A stretch of 64,000 bases of DNA from a virus. Position 1 is the first letter of the stretch. Every line of letters starts with the position of its first letter. Below, in pieces: positions 47,597 through 56,796 of this stretch. The stretch is from the IMG/VR virus record IMGVR_UViG_3300000117_000016, positions 15,779 through 79,778 of that record, one strand, 5' to 3'. The notes beneath the pieces are model-generated. The model was given only the letters and a program-made list of their open reading frames with translations, was not told the DNA's origin and ran no database searches. The translations under genes and the position numbers were made by a program.

Positions 47597-49093
47597 TTAA
47601 GCTGTAAAAGCAGGAGTTATTTTAATTGTAAGATTTTCAATAGCTATAGGTGTAACCATAGCAGAGAATACATAAGGAAACTCTAAAAGTGGGTATGAAG
47701 CCCATTCTCCACCATCTAAGGGTTCGGCAGATGTGTAAGTGATACCTATAGATTTACTATAGTATTTGAATCCATGTTTAACCTGATCGCTGTCTGTAGT
47801 TATAGGCATATTGAACTTATTAGGTGGTGCAATTCTTGTAGCTACAACTATTGTTTGATTATCAGTAGCCCTTTCTACTCTAACAATCAAATTTCCAGTA
47901 ACACGAATTTGAGGTTGGGCTGGCCCCCAAGTTAATTCTGATCTAGATGGATGTACAAGCAACTCTTTGTGAGCAACCGCTCTGTGGTCACTACTAAATA
48001 ATGTTCTGTGAACCAGAATACTCCATGTTTGGTCCAGCCTAGATAGCGGCAGCCAATTTACTTGTAATATAGAATTTGGTGTGCCTAATCCTGTGCAAGT
48101 ATACCCATCAAAAAAATCGTTATCCGCTAATGGAGAGTCTTTGTAATAAAATGTGTTGCCTCTATTTGTTTTGTACATGTTAGGATTTTGGCTAAAATAT
48201 GAATTTTCTGGAAAAGACTTAGTCTGTTTTTTGTAGAAAGGATCTATATCATTTAATGCACCAAGTCCAGCAACACACCTTCCTTTTTCTAAATTTCTAA
48301 TAAAAGCAGGAGGAAACTTTTTTATCAAACCAGGGCTATCATAAGAATATGTGCCTGCCTTAATCCAACCGTTCCACATTTTGTTAGCTGCACCTGTACC
48401 TGTTATTCCGCCATCAATGATTTGGTAGAAATCTGTAGTTAAACTTATAGGGTTTGTATTTATCGCGCCTGTAGGTGGTGGGTCAGGAGGTACTTTGGGT
48501 GGTGGAACAAAAGTGTCGGTAGGAGGATCTGCTTGAGGCGGAGGACCCGGCGGTTTGTTTGGAGGAAGACTAGGATCTGGTGCTTGCGGTGGTACTGGTT
48601 TAAATTGTGGAGGGCCTGGGTTTTGTGGAGGTTTAGGGTTTCTAGGTATCGTAGGTGTCGGGATTCTGGGTGTAGGTGGTACATGTGGTGGTTGTGGCAG
48701 AGGAAAGTCTGGGAAATCTTCATCAAAATTATTTTGTATTCCTGTGGGAACAGGACTTGGGAACTCAAATACTCCTCCGCAACCCAACTTTATAACTTCA
48801 ATGGTTGGGACTGTTGGTGTCCAATTTGTAGGAAGAGTGCCAGTTGGGAACCCTAGGGTCACGACGGGGTCAAGTTCTGAAAAAAAACAATTTATTACTC
48901 CTGGTTCCTGGAGTTTTTTTCGACATTCATCGATATCAGAAGGAGTCTGTGGCGCATATGCCGCAGTTTTATATTTTTCATACAACGCCCTTCGTTCACT
49001 TTCAGAAAGAGGCAAACCTTGAAAACTTAACGACATCGCAGAGAACGTATGCTCTGAGTTCAGTATTTTATTGAATAGTTTTTTATTAGTCAT
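47597..49093 (-). CDS. Proline-rich protein, paralog A
   Basis: ~100-aa Pro/Thr-rich tract; C-terminal domain homologous to 49519..51213. Confidence 0.8.
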   Translation of the reverse strand: MTNKKLFNKILNSEHTFSAMSLSFQGLPLSESERRALYEKYKTAAYAPQTPSDIDECRKKLQEPGVINCFFSELDPVVTLGFPTGTLPTNWTPTVPTIEVIKLGCGGVFEFPSPVPTGIQNNFDEDFPDFPLPQPPHVPPTPRIPTPTIPRNPKPPQNPGPPQFKPVPPQAPDPSLPPNKPPGPPPQADPPTDTFVPPPKVPPDPPPTGAINTNPISLTTDFYQIIDGGITGTGAANKMWNGWIKAGTYSYDSPGLIKKFPPAFIRNLEKGRCVAGLGALNDIDPFYKKQTKSFPENSYFSQNPNMYKTNRGNTFYYKDSPLADNDFFDGYTCTGLGTPNSILQVNWLPLSRLDQTWSILVHRTLFSSDHRAVAHKELLVHPSRSELTWGPAQPQIRVTGNLIVRVERATDNQTIVVATRIAPPNKFNMPITTDSDQVKHGFKYYSKSIGITYTSAEPLDGGEWASYPLLEFPYVFSAMVTPIAIENLTIKITPAFTA

Positions 49094-49105
49094 AGTGTTG
49101 TATCT

Positions 49106-49504
49106 TTAAAAATTAGTTACATATACTGGAGCAGTGAAGTTGCCGCTACCATGAATAGCATAATAGAATTCAGGGAATGTGGTACGAAGACCTATGTTAT
49201 TAAACTGAGGAAAATATAGTTGAGCATCAGTTAACGTATTAACTAAAAAGGTTGTGTTAAGTATCGTAGGATGGAAAGCTTTAGGCAAACCAATATTTGG
49301 TGTGGGGCTCAATGTGCTGCTTGCTTCTATTCCTTCAATGTCTGTACCAGTCTTGGCAGAGCGAACGTCTTCTGTTTTTACAATCACAGACCCTGCGTGT
49401 ACACCCTGTTTTTTTGTTCGCTGCTTAATATGTAGGCCATATTTAATTCTTTCACGATTTAAACCGATAAAAAGATTTTTGTCAGGAATTGCTTTGTATA
49501 TCAT
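49106..49504 (-). CDS. Small partner protein A
   Basis: Paralog of 51220..51618 (GLNRERIKYGLH...GSGNFT.P.Y.TNF); probable start MIYKA. Confidence 0.8.
   Translation of the reverse strand: MIYKAIPDKNLFIGLNRERIKYGLHIKQRTKKQGVHAGSVIVKTEDVRSAKTGTDIEGIEASSTLSPTPNIGLPKAFHPTILNTTFLVNTLTDAQLYFPQFNNIGLRTTFPEFYYAIHGSGNFTAPVYVTNF
49431..49465. repeat. 35-nt near-identical repeat, copy 1 (copy 2 at 51545-51579)
   Basis: 33/35 identical; relic of the module duplication. Confidence 0.85.
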
Positions 49505-49518
49505 TGTTTTTTCTTTTA

Positions 49519-51213
49519 CTAGGAATACCAAGTCGGGACAGCGTATGTATTATATCTATTAATTGCGATTGGCAGTATATTATCTGTATTGAACTCTAAT
49601 ACTTTCATCTCCGTACCTATTGGACGGGTTTGGCTTTGAGGAAAATTACTATCATTTAGAATTTCGATTGTTCTAGAATATTTGAAGTAAGCTGTTTTAA
49701 TTTCTGCATTAGAAAGTGTTTTATCCTTGCTGGTGTAACCTATGAGTTCTGAGGTTCTATAGTGATCTTTTTGGTAATGAGCAATTTTAATTCTTCTACT
49801 AGCATCAATCTTTGGGAGCACATAATAGAAAAGAGTGCCTTCAAAATATACTTTTAGTCGTAATAATCCTTTTTGAAAGTCACCATTAGATTGTCTTAGG
49901 GACCTACGACTATAGCCAAATACATGTGTCATCACACGCTGCGTAAATGCCCGACTATAGTGCTTTCGTTGGGTAAATGACAAAGGTATATAGTTTACAT
50001 TAAGCTGGGCAATGGATGTGCCCAAACCAATAACGTTATATCCATTAGAAAGGTTCCCATCTCTTAATGGAGATCCAACTACATCGCCCCAACTTCCTTC
50101 CTCACGAGTGGGGAAAAGAAGTTTTCCAGCACCGGGTACACGATATTCATTTATACTATTTCCGGCAAGGTACATGTTGTCTACAGCCGTAGTATAATTA
50201 ACTTCATTATGAGCATTAAATCCATTAATACATCTTGCTGTTCTTAAATTTGCTCCATCATCTAATATTGAGCTCTCACCCCTCGTTGGCTCAATTAAAT
50301 AATCTCCTGGTGCAATCCAACCATGATACATATTGGGTGGCCTCTTGGAGTCTCTTATACCTATGCTTCTAATACTACTGTAAAAACCACCTGATAATGT
50401 TAAAGGGTCTGTAATAGGATCAGGTAGAGTCACAGCAAGACTAGTTACTGCATAAACTACGCTTGGAGGCGCAGGCTGATCTGGATCTTGGGGTCTGTCT
50501 GGTGATGTTGGTGGATCAAAAGTACCAGTAGGAGGGTCTGCAGGAGCCGGTGGTGGAGGCGGTTTGTTTGGGGGAAGTTCAGGGTCTGGTTCTGGTGCTG
50601 GAGGCTTTGGCTCTGGTGGAGGATCTGGAATTTGTGGAACATCTGGTGCTGTAGGCCGTTTTGGGAATGGTGGGTCAACAGGTGGCCGAGGGGTTGGAGC
50701 AGGAAAATTTGGACCAAAATCGGTCTCAGGAACAAAAATATCTGTAGGAGGCCATCCGCTTAAACCTACACCACATACACCACCTTTATAATCCAACATG
50801 TCGTCTACAGTAGGTCTGAACCATTTATCTATTGATGGTCTACCAGCCGCTTCCCATGCTAGTCTTCTTGCTTTATCGACAGGATCTTCTGAAACACCTG
50901 AAGGATTGTTTTCTGTACCAAAGGTACTTGGGTTTTTTTCAATCCAGTAATCTGGTATACTACCTGCTGGACTACCATAAGTAAAATCAGGGTGACCTGA
51001 CGCCGCAACACATCCTCCATTTTCAACAGCATCAAGCCTTTCTTCTTTATTAGGGAAAAGACGGTCTTCAGGAGTTTCTTTAGGTCTCAATCCTGGACCA
51101 TATGATGCCGTGTTATAATCTCTCCCACGCGGCAATTCTGTCCGCAAACTTGTAAATACAATATTGTCATCTATACCATTAAATATTTTGTTAAATATAT
51201 CTTTGTTGGTCAT
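49519..51213 (-). CDS. Proline-rich protein, paralog B
   Basis: LPPNKPP...ADPPT shared with paralog A, plus homologous C-terminal domain. Confidence 0.8.
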   Translation of the reverse strand: MTNKDIFNKIFNGIDDNIVFTSLRTELPRGRDYNTASYGPGLRPKETPEDRLFPNKEERLDAVENGGCVAASGHPDFTYGSPAGSIPDYWIEKNPSTFGTENNPSGVSEDPVDKARRLAWEAAGRPSIDKWFRPTVDDMLDYKGGVCGVGLSGWPPTDIFVPETDFGPNFPAPTPRPPVDPPFPKRPTAPDVPQIPDPPPEPKPPAPEPDPELPPNKPPPPPAPADPPTGTFDPPTSPDRPQDPDQPAPPSVVYAVTSLAVTLPDPITDPLTLSGGFYSSIRSIGIRDSKRPPNMYHGWIAPGDYLIEPTRGESSILDDGANLRTARCINGFNAHNEVNYTTAVDNMYLAGNSINEYRVPGAGKLLFPTREEGSWGDVVGSPLRDGNLSNGYNVIGLGTSIAQLNVNYIPLSFTQRKHYSRAFTQRVMTHVFGYSRRSLRQSNGDFQKGLLRLKVYFEGTLFYYVLPKIDASRRIKIAHYQKDHYRTSELIGYTSKDKTLSNAEIKTAYFKYSRTIEILNDSNFPQSQTRPIGTEMKVLEFNTDNILPIAINRYNTYAVPTWYS

Positions 51214-51219
51214 GATATT

Positions 51220-51618
51220 CTAAAAATTCGTTATATATATTGGGGGTGTGAAATTACCACTGCCATGAACTACATCGTAGATTTCTGCAAATGTCGTTTG
51301 GTATCCTACATTACCTAAGAGAGGTAAATATAAACCTTCCTTCATCAATCTATTGACTATGAAGGTTGTATTTACAGAGGCTGGATGATATGCATTTGGT
51401 CGTAATGTATTTAGCGGTGGTCTAATAGTGCCTGAAGATTCTATTTCTGGAATTTCAATGCTATCATCTGCCCTTCTTACGTCTTGGGTCTCTACGACAA
51501 CAGAACCAGCATTTACACCTTGCTCTTTGGTAAGCTGCTTCATGTGTAGGCCGTATTTAATTCTTTCACGGTTTAAACCTAAATAAAAACCGGTACTAGA
51601 TCTAGCTTTATTGATCAT
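51220..51618 (-). CDS. Small partner protein B
   Basis: Paralog of 49106..49504. Confidence 0.8.
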   Translation of the reverse strand: MINKARSSTGFYLGLNRERIKYGLHMKQLTKEQGVNAGSVVVETQDVRRADDSIEIPEIESSGTIRPPLNTLRPNAYHPASVNTTFIVNRLMKEGLYLPLLGNVGYQTTFAEIYDVVHGSGNFTPPIYITNF

Positions 51619-51990
51619 CTACCACGCTTTACAAGACCAATATCTTGCCTTCCATTTAGGACCTGGGTTAGAACAATTATGTCTAGCACGAAAACTTTTA
51701 CGTCTTGCTGGATCAGACTTCTTGATCTTCATATTAGGATCACCAAAATTTACTTTGACAACATTGCCTTTTTCGTTTTTTACATATACACTACGTTTTT
51801 TTGGTCCGTCAGGAGTTAAGAAGGGTTTATTTAGTTGAACTTTTCTACCCTGATATTCTGCACCAAGAACTTTACCTTCTTCGTCATATATTTCAGAGGC
51901 TTCAATTTCTGAAACATACTCATCCCACTCTTCGTCCCAATGGCATTTAGTAGAAAGCAAATTTGCTTTTATTTTTTCTATTAATGACAT
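51619..51990 (-). CDS. Conserved phage protein with basic C-terminal domain (DUF6321-like)
   Basis: AEYQGRKV.LNKP...KK..VYVKN.KGNVVKVNFGDPNM...RRKSFRARHNC...ARYWSC. Confidence 0.75.
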   Translation of the reverse strand: MSLIEKIKANLLSTKCHWDEEWDEYVSEIEASEIYDEEGKVLGAEYQGRKVQLNKPFLTPDGPKKRSVYVKNEKGNVVKVNFGDPNMKIKKSDPARRKSFRARHNCSNPGPKWKARYWSCKAW

Positions 51991-52029
51991 TATACATATT
52001 CCTTTACTGGGTAGGAGTTATATAGTAAC

Positions 52030-53103
52030 TTACACCAATAATAGCTCATCATGTACAATTTTAGAGGTATTATTCCACGTTAATGCTGCTGCTGTGTCTA
52101 AACCAGCTTTATTTGAACGTACATTATGCTTGTACACATATCTCATATGTTCAACAATTTGCTCCATTTGCTTAACCCCTAGCTTTGCCCACTTTCCAGA
52201 GCCATCAAACCAGATGCCATCCACAGCAGGCTCTAATTCATCTACATCCACCAAAAAACTATTGTCTTGATTACAATATGCTGTGTGAGCAGAATAATTA
52301 GTAGCAATCACAGGCTTGTCCATAGCCATAGTTTCAGGTATCTCATTGTTCCAGCCTTCTGCTCTAGAGATATAAAGTCCACAGTCAGCTTCATAAATTA
52401 CAGAAGCTAACTCAGAATGAGTTTTGAGTCTATCGAAGCATTTAATCTTATCTCCTAGTTTACTTCCCATGTATAACTCTTGCCATTGCTGTATTTGTGC
52501 AGGCTGTAGGAAGGGATTGTGATTGACCATCCATAGCTCCACATCATCATCCTTTGTGAAGGCTTCGTTAAATAGATGTACAAGGATGTCGTGACCTTTC
52601 CTGACTTCCCATTTGCCTATATTAATAAAACGATATGTAGAACTCTCACTCTTAGGAGGCTTTGTACCGATGTTAAATATACTATGGTCTACGCCCAATG
52701 GACATATTTTGATTTTAGATTCGTCAATACCATGATTAGTAATAATTTTTTTAGACCATTCACAAGTCGTAAATACAACATCAGCATGTTTTAGTCCTGC
52801 TACTTCTACTTCTTTTAATTTATCTATTTCAAAAAACGGAAAGACACCATATTTACCATTACCAACCCTACTAAAAAGATCGTGCATATGCCATATCTTT
52901 AGACACGGATCACTTCTAGTATCTCCAGACATAGTGTTGTTCATGTCTTCCTGCAAAAGTTTTGCGTCATTAGGATTTTCTAGAGATATATCACCTACGG
53001 GATAAATAGAAATGTCTGTTTTTTTTCTAATGTTTTTCCAAATATTAGTAGAAGTAATACCATATCCAGTTGTATTGTTTATAGGCGCTAAAAAATTAAT
53101 CAT
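52030..53103 (-). CDS. Glycosyltransferase family 4
   Basis: TGYG, PLGVD, IGKWEVRKG, SRAEGWNNEIPE. Confidence 0.88.
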   Translation of the reverse strand: MINFLAPINNTTGYGITSTNIWKNIRKKTDISIYPVGDISLENPNDAKLLQEDMNNTMSGDTRSDPCLKIWHMHDLFSRVGNGKYGVFPFFEIDKLKEVEVAGLKHADVVFTTCEWSKKIITNHGIDESKIKICPLGVDHSIFNIGTKPPKSESSTYRFINIGKWEVRKGHDILVHLFNEAFTKDDDVELWMVNHNPFLQPAQIQQWQELYMGSKLGDKIKCFDRLKTHSELASVIYEADCGLYISRAEGWNNEIPETMAMDKPVIATNYSAHTAYCNQDNSFLVDVDELEPAVDGIWFDGSGKWAKLGVKQMEQIVEHMRYVYKHNVRSNKAGLDTAAALTWNNTSKIVHDELLLV

Positions 53104-54134
53104 GAATATATCCTATTGTGAGTATTGTTTACTTTAATAAATGTTGTATTCTTCCCCATGTCTTTTAAGTTTTTAGCACCAATGTATGTGCAACAACTTC
53201 TCAAACCTCCTAAAATATCTTGAATAGTATGTGAGGTTTTACCCTTATATGGTATTGTAACACATTTGCCCTCACTAGTTCTATAATCAGCAACTCCACC
53301 ACTGTGTTTATCCATAGCCCGTTTGCTGCTCATACCATAAAACTGTAATGATTCTTTTTCTTTACCCTTATTATATGTCCAATCTCCTTCACAGCAATCT
53401 GTTCCTGCCAACATTCCTCCAAGCATAACAAAGTCTGCATTACCACAAAAAGCCTTACATACATCTGCGGGAGTTGTACAGCCTCCATCACTACAAACAT
53501 GACCACCTACGCTGTGAGCAGCATCAGCACATTCTATAATAGCAGAAAGTTGAGGGTATCCTATGCCAGTTTTTAATCTAGTGGTACAAACACTTCCTGA
53601 CCCTATACCTATCTTGACTATATCTACTCCACCATGAAAAATTAATTCTTCTGTCATTTCAGGAGTAACAACATTGCCTGCCATAATAATAATATCAGGA
53701 TACCATTCCCTAATTTTTTTGATTGTAGATACAAATTTTTCGTTATATCCGTTAGCTACATCAATACATAAATTAGGTTTCTTTTGTAGATTATCGTATA
53801 CAGTACTTAGTTTTTCTATATCTGATTCAGATATACCCATAGAATAAAAAGCATACTGTCTGGGAAATTCAAAATGATCTCGTAGCTTTTTGGATTTATA
53901 ATGTTTGTGTAAACAAGTTATGCAGTCGTAACCTGACAAAACTTTGTTCATGCTAATAGAACCTGTCGTGTCCATATTTGCTGCCATAATAGGAACACAA
54001 TTTAATTCTCTATTAGAATGAGGAAATTTAAATACTCTGTTTAATTCTACCTGTGATCTACTGGATATATTAGATCTTTTAGGTCTGATTAAAACATCAC
54101 TAAAATCTAATTTTGTGTCTTCAGATATTTTCAC
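53100..54134 (-). CDS. guaC: GMP reductase
   Basis: LDFSDVLIRPKRS, AANMD, IDVANGY, GIGSGSVCTTR, GYPQLSA, FYGMSS, YRTSEGK. Confidence 0.95.
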   Translation of the reverse strand: MKISEDTKLDFSDVLIRPKRSNISSRSQVELNRVFKFPHSNRELNCVPIMAANMDTTGSISMNKVLSGYDCITCLHKHYKSKKLRDHFEFPRQYAFYSMGISESDIEKLSTVYDNLQKKPNLCIDVANGYNEKFVSTIKKIREWYPDIIIMAGNVVTPEMTEELIFHGGVDIVKIGIGSGSVCTTRLKTGIGYPQLSAIIECADAAHSVGGHVCSDGGCTTPADVCKAFCGNADFVMLGGMLAGTDCCEGDWTYNKGKEKESLQFYGMSSKRAMDKHSGGVADYRTSEGKCVTIPYKGKTSHTIQDILGGLRSCCTYIGAKNLKDMGKNTTFIKVNNTHNRIYS

Positions 54135-55081
54135 AACTGAACCCCAACATACATAACCATAGATGGGTTTGCAAACATATTGAAGTCATTGTTGTTCTTT
54201 ACAAGAATATCAGCATGAAAAGTTACATGCTCACAATTAGATCCATTATACCTACCTGATAAATATTTGTCAGCTTTATATATACAGCAACCCCCAAAGG
54301 CACTATTAACTTTAATCGGTGGAGAACCAGGAAGGGGTAGCCACCATTGGAACCAATACATAAGTCCTCTTGACTGAACATCTGCCCAATGGTTAAGTCT
54401 AAACGCCCAAGAGTCGTACCCTGTCAATAATATATCTTTAGACTTATATCCTTCAGTAAAATCTACACGTTTAAACAAAAAAGAGAATCCTGCAATAGCA
54501 TCTACTTTGTTATTAGAAGCCAACCAGCCCATACTGTTTAATATGCCATCAACTGATAAATCCATAAAGTCTGTATCAATTACAATAACATAATCAACTT
54601 TATCTTGTAGAGATTTTACATAGTCCTGACATTTATTTCTGGCATGAGCCATATTTTCTGTTCTAACTGTGGACATAGATAAAGGTAAATACGGAGCACC
54701 TCTTTCTTCAGACTCTATTGTTGCATTGTCTTTGCCTTCTGCCCATTGGTTTAAAACCTCTACAGTATTATCTTCTGAATCGTTTTCATATGTATAGAAA
54801 TATACCTTTTTAAATAAGGGCTCTACATTGTCTGAAAGCATTTTTAGATTTCTACTCAAAGCATCTGCTGAATTTCTAGATATACTAACAATAGCGACAG
54901 TACTATCGTTCGCTAGCTTTTTACCAGATTCAATCATACTTAAATACTGAGCATGAAATTCAGTAAGAATATTGTCAATGTGCATCTTTTCAAAAAAAGC
55001 CTCGGCACTTTTTTCTTTCGTCAACTTGTGAGCTTGATCTAAATCTCTGAGTTTCTGTTTATCGGTTATAAAATCAGACAT
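54131..55081 (-). CDS. Glycosyltransferase, GT69/CAP59 (cryptococcal mannosyltransferase)-like
   Basis: YENDSED.T, R...MA.ARN, IDTD, YDSWA, V.SAFGG, CEH, NP. Confidence 0.72.
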   Translation of the reverse strand: MSDFITDKQKLRDLDQAHKLTKEKSAEAFFEKMHIDNILTEFHAQYLSMIESGKKLANDSTVAIVSISRNSADALSRNLKMLSDNVEPLFKKVYFYTYENDSEDNTVEVLNQWAEGKDNATIESEERGAPYLPLSMSTVRTENMAHARNKCQDYVKSLQDKVDYVIVIDTDFMDLSVDGILNSMGWLASNNKVDAIAGFSFLFKRVDFTEGYKSKDILLTGYDSWAFRLNHWADVQSRGLMYWFQWWLPLPGSPPIKVNSAFGGCCIYKADKYLSGRYNGSNCEHVTFHADILVKNNNDFNMFANPSMVMYVGVQL

Positions 55082-55610
55082 AATTAAAAAAGCACCATCT
55101 TTCCGTAAGCTCTAAAGACATATTGTTATTTATATCTGTCAGATATTCTTGTACCTCTGACCATTCACTGAAAATCATATTGTGAGGAATTGTACCAAAT
55201 AACCAATCAGGAGTTTTGTTCTTACCTTGAGCGACATGTATAATAATAGGCTTCTTTTGTCTATTAGCCCAAAAGATTTCTTCCAGAGTTCCGCATGGAT
55301 GAGTATCAATATCTAAATTTACTATTAAAAAATCACTGACATCTACCATTCTTAGGTCTACACTTCTGATGCCTCTCATTAACTCTGAAAGTTCATCATA
55401 CTTTCCTGCTTTCTTTAGCTCTCTTTTGTGCCTAACAACAGAATCGTCTTCTACACCTAAATTAGTGGGTTTTTTAAGAGGATTAAAAACTTCTACACCT
55501 AAAGATTCCAAGAAAGGTGTGACGAAATCTCTCCACTGACTACCTCTGTCCGGTACTCTGTCTATAGCACCAGCCAAATAACATCTTTGCTTATAAAGTC
55601 TTTTCATCAC
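55074..55610 (-). CDS. Nucleoside 2-deoxyribosyltransferase-like protein
   Basis: YLAGAI, WR, VFNP, DLRMVD.SD, GT.EE. Confidence 0.8.
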   Translation of the reverse strand: MMKRLYKQRCYLAGAIDRVPDRGSQWRDFVTPFLESLGVEVFNPLKKPTNLGVEDDSVVRHKRELKKAGKYDELSELMRGIRSVDLRMVDVSDFLIVNLDIDTHPCGTLEEIFWANRQKKPIIIHVAQGKNKTPDWLFGTIPHNMIFSEWSEVQEYLTDINNNMSLELTERWCFFNYV

Positions 55611-55759
55611 TAGTCCATATACAGAAAAACTATATTGTCTTTAGATGGCTCTGCGGCTGGCAGCTTGCCATCTCTTGTCATCTTAATATTATTCCTACCC
55701 TGTTGTATTCCACACCAAGAGCAATACAAAACAACCAATATAAAACTTATTTCAAACAT
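55610..55759 (-). CDS. Small membrane protein
   Basis: Probable start MFEISF; hydrophobic N-terminus. Confidence 0.55.
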   Translation of the reverse strand: MFEISFILVVLYCSWCGIQQGRNNIKMTRDGKLPAAEPSKDNIVFLYMD

Positions 55760-56279
55760 TTGTTGGCTCATAAATAAAACACGAGAAATCTCTTGCCCAG
55801 ATATCATTAATTAAATTACCGATAGTCTTCCAATCCCCTCCTGCAAATCCCGTTCCGAATTTTGGTGCATGGATTTGTATTTTCTTATCTGTGTTATTAG
55901 CTAAAATTTTTGCTTGCGTTCTAATTTGTAGCATACAGGCAGCTAATGCTCCATAATCTAACATCCTATTATACTTACTTCCGCTGTGTTTGCAATACAT
56001 ATTTGCACAAATAATTTGATTTTTATTCTTATTGATACTCACTGGTATGCATTGAATATTTCCTAACTTATTCTTTGTAGAAATATCTATATTATCTTTT
56101 ACTATAGGGAATTTTTTATATAAAATATTAGAAAATTTAGAGTTGTTCTTTGTTGTAACACCTATAGCATTTGGTATAATTACCGTAATATCATTAGTGT
56201 TATTTACATTTTGTTCAATAACATAAAATATATCTTTTTTAGACATAAAATACTTATTTTCACTGTGTCTTAACTTCAT
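55752..56279 (-). CDS. Macrodomain-like protein (Poa1p/DarG-like)
   Basis: LG..Q, ANMY, LDYGAL..C, APKFGTGFAGGDW. Confidence 0.75.
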   Translation of the reverse strand: MKLRHSENKYFMSKKDIFYVIEQNVNNTNDITVIIPNAIGVTTKNNSKFSNILYKKFPIVKDNIDISTKNKLGNIQCIPVSINKNKNQIICANMYCKHSGSKYNRMLDYGALAACMLQIRTQAKILANNTDKKIQIHAPKFGTGFAGGDWKTIGNLINDIWARDFSCFIYEPTNV

Positions 56280-56280
56280 C

Positions 56281-56529
56281 TTACCACTTTCCTAACGGAC
56301 ATTTCTGATCTTGCCACGCCAGCTTATTCATAAATTCTTTTTTCTTAGATATGTTACATCCACACTCAGAGCATTCCATAATGGGTAAATTTTTAGTGTC
56401 AAAAGAATCACAATCGTAACATATCTCAAACCTAGTATTGATAGTAAACTGGCTGGCTTTAGGCATACCTTTTGTAGTATGCTTAAATAGAGACACAGCA
56501 AAGTTTTTTATCTTTTTAAATATTGTCAT
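56281..56529 (-). CDS. Small Cys-rich protein
   Basis: R..IC..C...C..CGC...K...CPLGKW; start MTIFKK via ATGA overlap. Confidence 0.75.
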   Translation of the reverse strand: MTIFKKIKNFAVSLFKHTTKGMPKASQFTINTRFEICYDCDSFDTKNLPIMECSECGCNISKKKEFMNKLAWQDQKCPLGKW

Positions 56530-56705
56530 TTGTAATATTGCTGCCACTCTTCCCACAATTCATCTTGCTGTATATCTATCTTCCTATGTCTAAAATCATG
56601 CTTTTGATGTCTAATATTTTTAGACTCAATAACATCTATATTCTTCTTCTTGATTCTGACAACCTCTTGTTTTCTTACATTCTTATTTTCTTCGATTTCT
56701 TTCAT
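56526..56705 (-). CDS. 59-aa hypothetical protein (below ORF-track cutoff)
   Basis: MKEIEENKNVRKQ...DELWEEWQQYYK; GAGG RBS; own promoter; ATGA coupling to next gene. Confidence 0.7.
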   Translation of the reverse strand: MKEIEENKNVRKQEVVRIKKKNIDVIESKNIRHQKHDFRHRKIDIQQDELWEEWQQYYK

Positions 56706-56723
56706 TTCATCCCTCAGTACTTT

Positions 56724-56752
56724 ATTCTATATCCTTCAGCACCAAAAGTCAA
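56724..56752 (-). promoter_or_regulatory. Sigma70-type promoter
   Basis: TTGACT (56752-56747), 17-nt spacer, TAGAAT (56729-56724). Confidence 0.8.
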
Positions 56753-56796
56753 GTTCAGTTTAAAATTTATTTGCTTGACAATCGTATGTCTGAGTC

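Noticed and set aside
48533-50791. Gly-rich and Arg/Trp-rich plus-strand ORFs (48533, 48555, 50564)
   Set aside because: These are the reverse complement of Pro codon runs
39214-51618. Shared GS(I/V/A)(V/I) motif in five small proteins (39214, 40497, 43337, 49106, 51220)
   Set aside because: Too short to support homology beyond the clear 49106/51220 pair
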